Of a DNA stretch of 27,475 bases, positions 26,290 through 27,475 are shown piece after piece. A program made the translations under genes and the position numbers. How positions within the stretch are numbered: position 1 is the stretch's first letter; each line of letters begins with the position of its first letter. The DNA comes from an uncultured archaeon. Lineage in GTDB: Archaea > Asgardarchaeota > Lokiarchaeia > Sigyniarchaeales > SOKP01. The stretch spans positions 1 through 27,475 of the forward strand of contig CAYUTF010000040.1 in assembly GCA_964447495.1 (NCBI GenBank), read 5' to 3'. The notes under the pieces were generated by a model that was not told the DNA's origin, ran no database searches, and saw only the letters and a list, made by a program, of their open reading frames with translations.

Positions 26290-27387
26290 CTAGTTTTTCG
26301 TAAAAAAACCTTCTGCTTTAAGTAACTCCGCATTCAATATGGCTCCTCCCGCAGCGCCTCTAACTGTGTTATGGCTTAACGCCACGAACTTATAATCTAA
26401 TACAGAATCTTTTCTTAAGCGTCCTATGGTTACAGCCATTCCTTTATCATTATCTCTATCTTTTTTTGGTTGGGGTCTGTCGAGGTTATCTAAATAAATG
26501 ATTGGATGCACAGGCGCGAAAGGGAGATTTAATTTTTGAGGAAGTGATTTAAAATTTCTCCAGATATCAATAATTTCTCCTACATCAGGCGCAGTATCTT
26601 TAAATTTAAAATTGACTGAAGCAGTATGGCCATCAGTAACTGGCACACGAATGCATGTAGCTCCAAATTTAATTGAATCTCTATTAATAATCCCATCTTC
26701 TGTGATTTTGCCAAATATCTTTAAAGGTTCCTTTTCTGATTTTTCTTCTTCCCCACCTATAAATGGAACAATATTATCAATAATGTCTAATGCAGGCACT
26801 CCCGGATATCCTGCTCCTGAGACAGCCTGTAGTGTTGTTACTATCACATTCTCAATTAAGAATCCCGCTTGTTCTAGAGCATGGATAGGAACCATGTAAC
26901 TTTGAATAGAACAATTTGGTTTAACCACAACAAAACCATGAGAAAAATTCCTCCTCTTTTGTTGAATATGGATCATTTTAATATGGTCGTAATTAATTTC
27001 AGGTATGATCATTGGGACATCTGGTGTCCATCTATTTGCTGAATTATTACTAATTACAGGAATGCCCCTTTTAGCATACTGAAATTCTAACGATTTAACT
27101 TCTTCTTTATTCGGTAATGAAATCGCTGAAAACACAAAATCTAAATCCTTATTAATTGAATCGAAATCATAGACATTTCTCACAGTTAGATTTTTAACAT
27201 TCTCTGGAATATCAATGTTCATTTGCCATCTATTTCTAACCGCTTCAGAGTATTTCTTCCCTTCGGATTTCGAAGATGCCGCAACATGAACAATTTCAAA
27301 CCATGGATGGTTTTTTAGGAGTTTGATATAATTCTGGCCTACAATCCCAGTGGCTCCTAAAATCCCACAGAATAGCTTTTTTAACAA
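26290..27387 (-). CDS. asd: Aspartate-semialdehyde dehydrogenase
   Basis: GILGATGIVGQ, SNNSANR..PDVPMIIPEIN, KPNCS (catalytic Cys), TLQAVSGAG, CIRVPVTDGH, HNTVRGAAGG. Confidence 0.97.
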   Translation of the reverse strand: MLKKLFCGILGATGIVGQNYIKLLKNHPWFEIVHVAASSKSEGKKYSEAVRNRWQMNIDIPENVKNLTVRNVYDFDSINKDLDFVFSAISLPNKEEVKSLEFQYAKRGIPVISNNSANRWTPDVPMIIPEINYDHIKMIHIQQKRRNFSHGFVVVKPNCSIQSYMVPIHALEQAGFLIENVIVTTLQAVSGAGYPGVPALDIIDNIVPFIGGEEEKSEKEPLKIFGKITEDGIINRDSIKFGATCIRVPVTDGHTASVNFKFKDTAPDVGEIIDIWRNFKSLPQKLNLPFAPVHPIIYLDNLDRPQPKKDRDNDKGMAVTIGRLRKDSVLDYKFVALSHNTVRGAAGGAILNAELLKAEGFFTKN

Positions 27388-27475
27388 AATCCTATACTAA
27401 AAATTAAATTATTTTTAATCCTATTTAATAAGGAATTATTGAATAATTTTATTATATTTTTTTAGTTTCATTATA

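Noticed and set aside
2617-26899. Short ORF-track entries nested in or antisense to longer genes (2617-2844, 4309-4518, 6288-6548, 9794-9976, 10406-10597, 11206-11430, 12259-12450, 12608-12832, 13311-13514, 13330-13554, 16089-16355, 19063-19248, 21801-22001, 22784-22981, 25970-26167, 26612-26899)
   Set aside because: Each overlaps a longer, better-supported CDS almost entirely and lacks recognisable motifs; typical shadow frames.

Overview
AT-rich, gene-dense archaeal window. Several eukaryote-signature or archaeal marker genes point to an Asgard archaeon, most likely Lokiarchaeia/Promethearchaeia (inferred from gene content): a two-domain gelsolin, a C-terminal RING-finger protein next to a proteasome beta subunit, a DUF106/EMC3-TMCO1 protein, a dual-specificity phosphatase and an archaeal histone. 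About 24 CDSs are supported, including housekeeping or metabolic genes (heterodimeric ABC exporter, radical SAM enzyme, class I/II aminotransferase, LysE, hxlB, type II pantothenate kinase, DUF362, asd). The most unusual feature is a 763-aa ORF (1247-3538) that reads as a compact EF-G/EF-2-like translational GTPase (domains I-V) fused to a YqgF/Tex-type RNase H-fold domain that keeps its acidic residues. It lies just downstream of a phosphatase gene. Other notable items are a Zn-ribbon module shared by the gelsolin and a separate small protein, a Thr1-less proteasome beta gene upstream of a coiled-coil RING protein, a Trp-periodic 40-aa-repeat tail-anchored protein, and an 800-bp repeat-containing intergenic region before the histone. 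I recognised no rRNA, tRNA, CRISPR array or transposase. All calls come from manual motif reading; no database searches were run.
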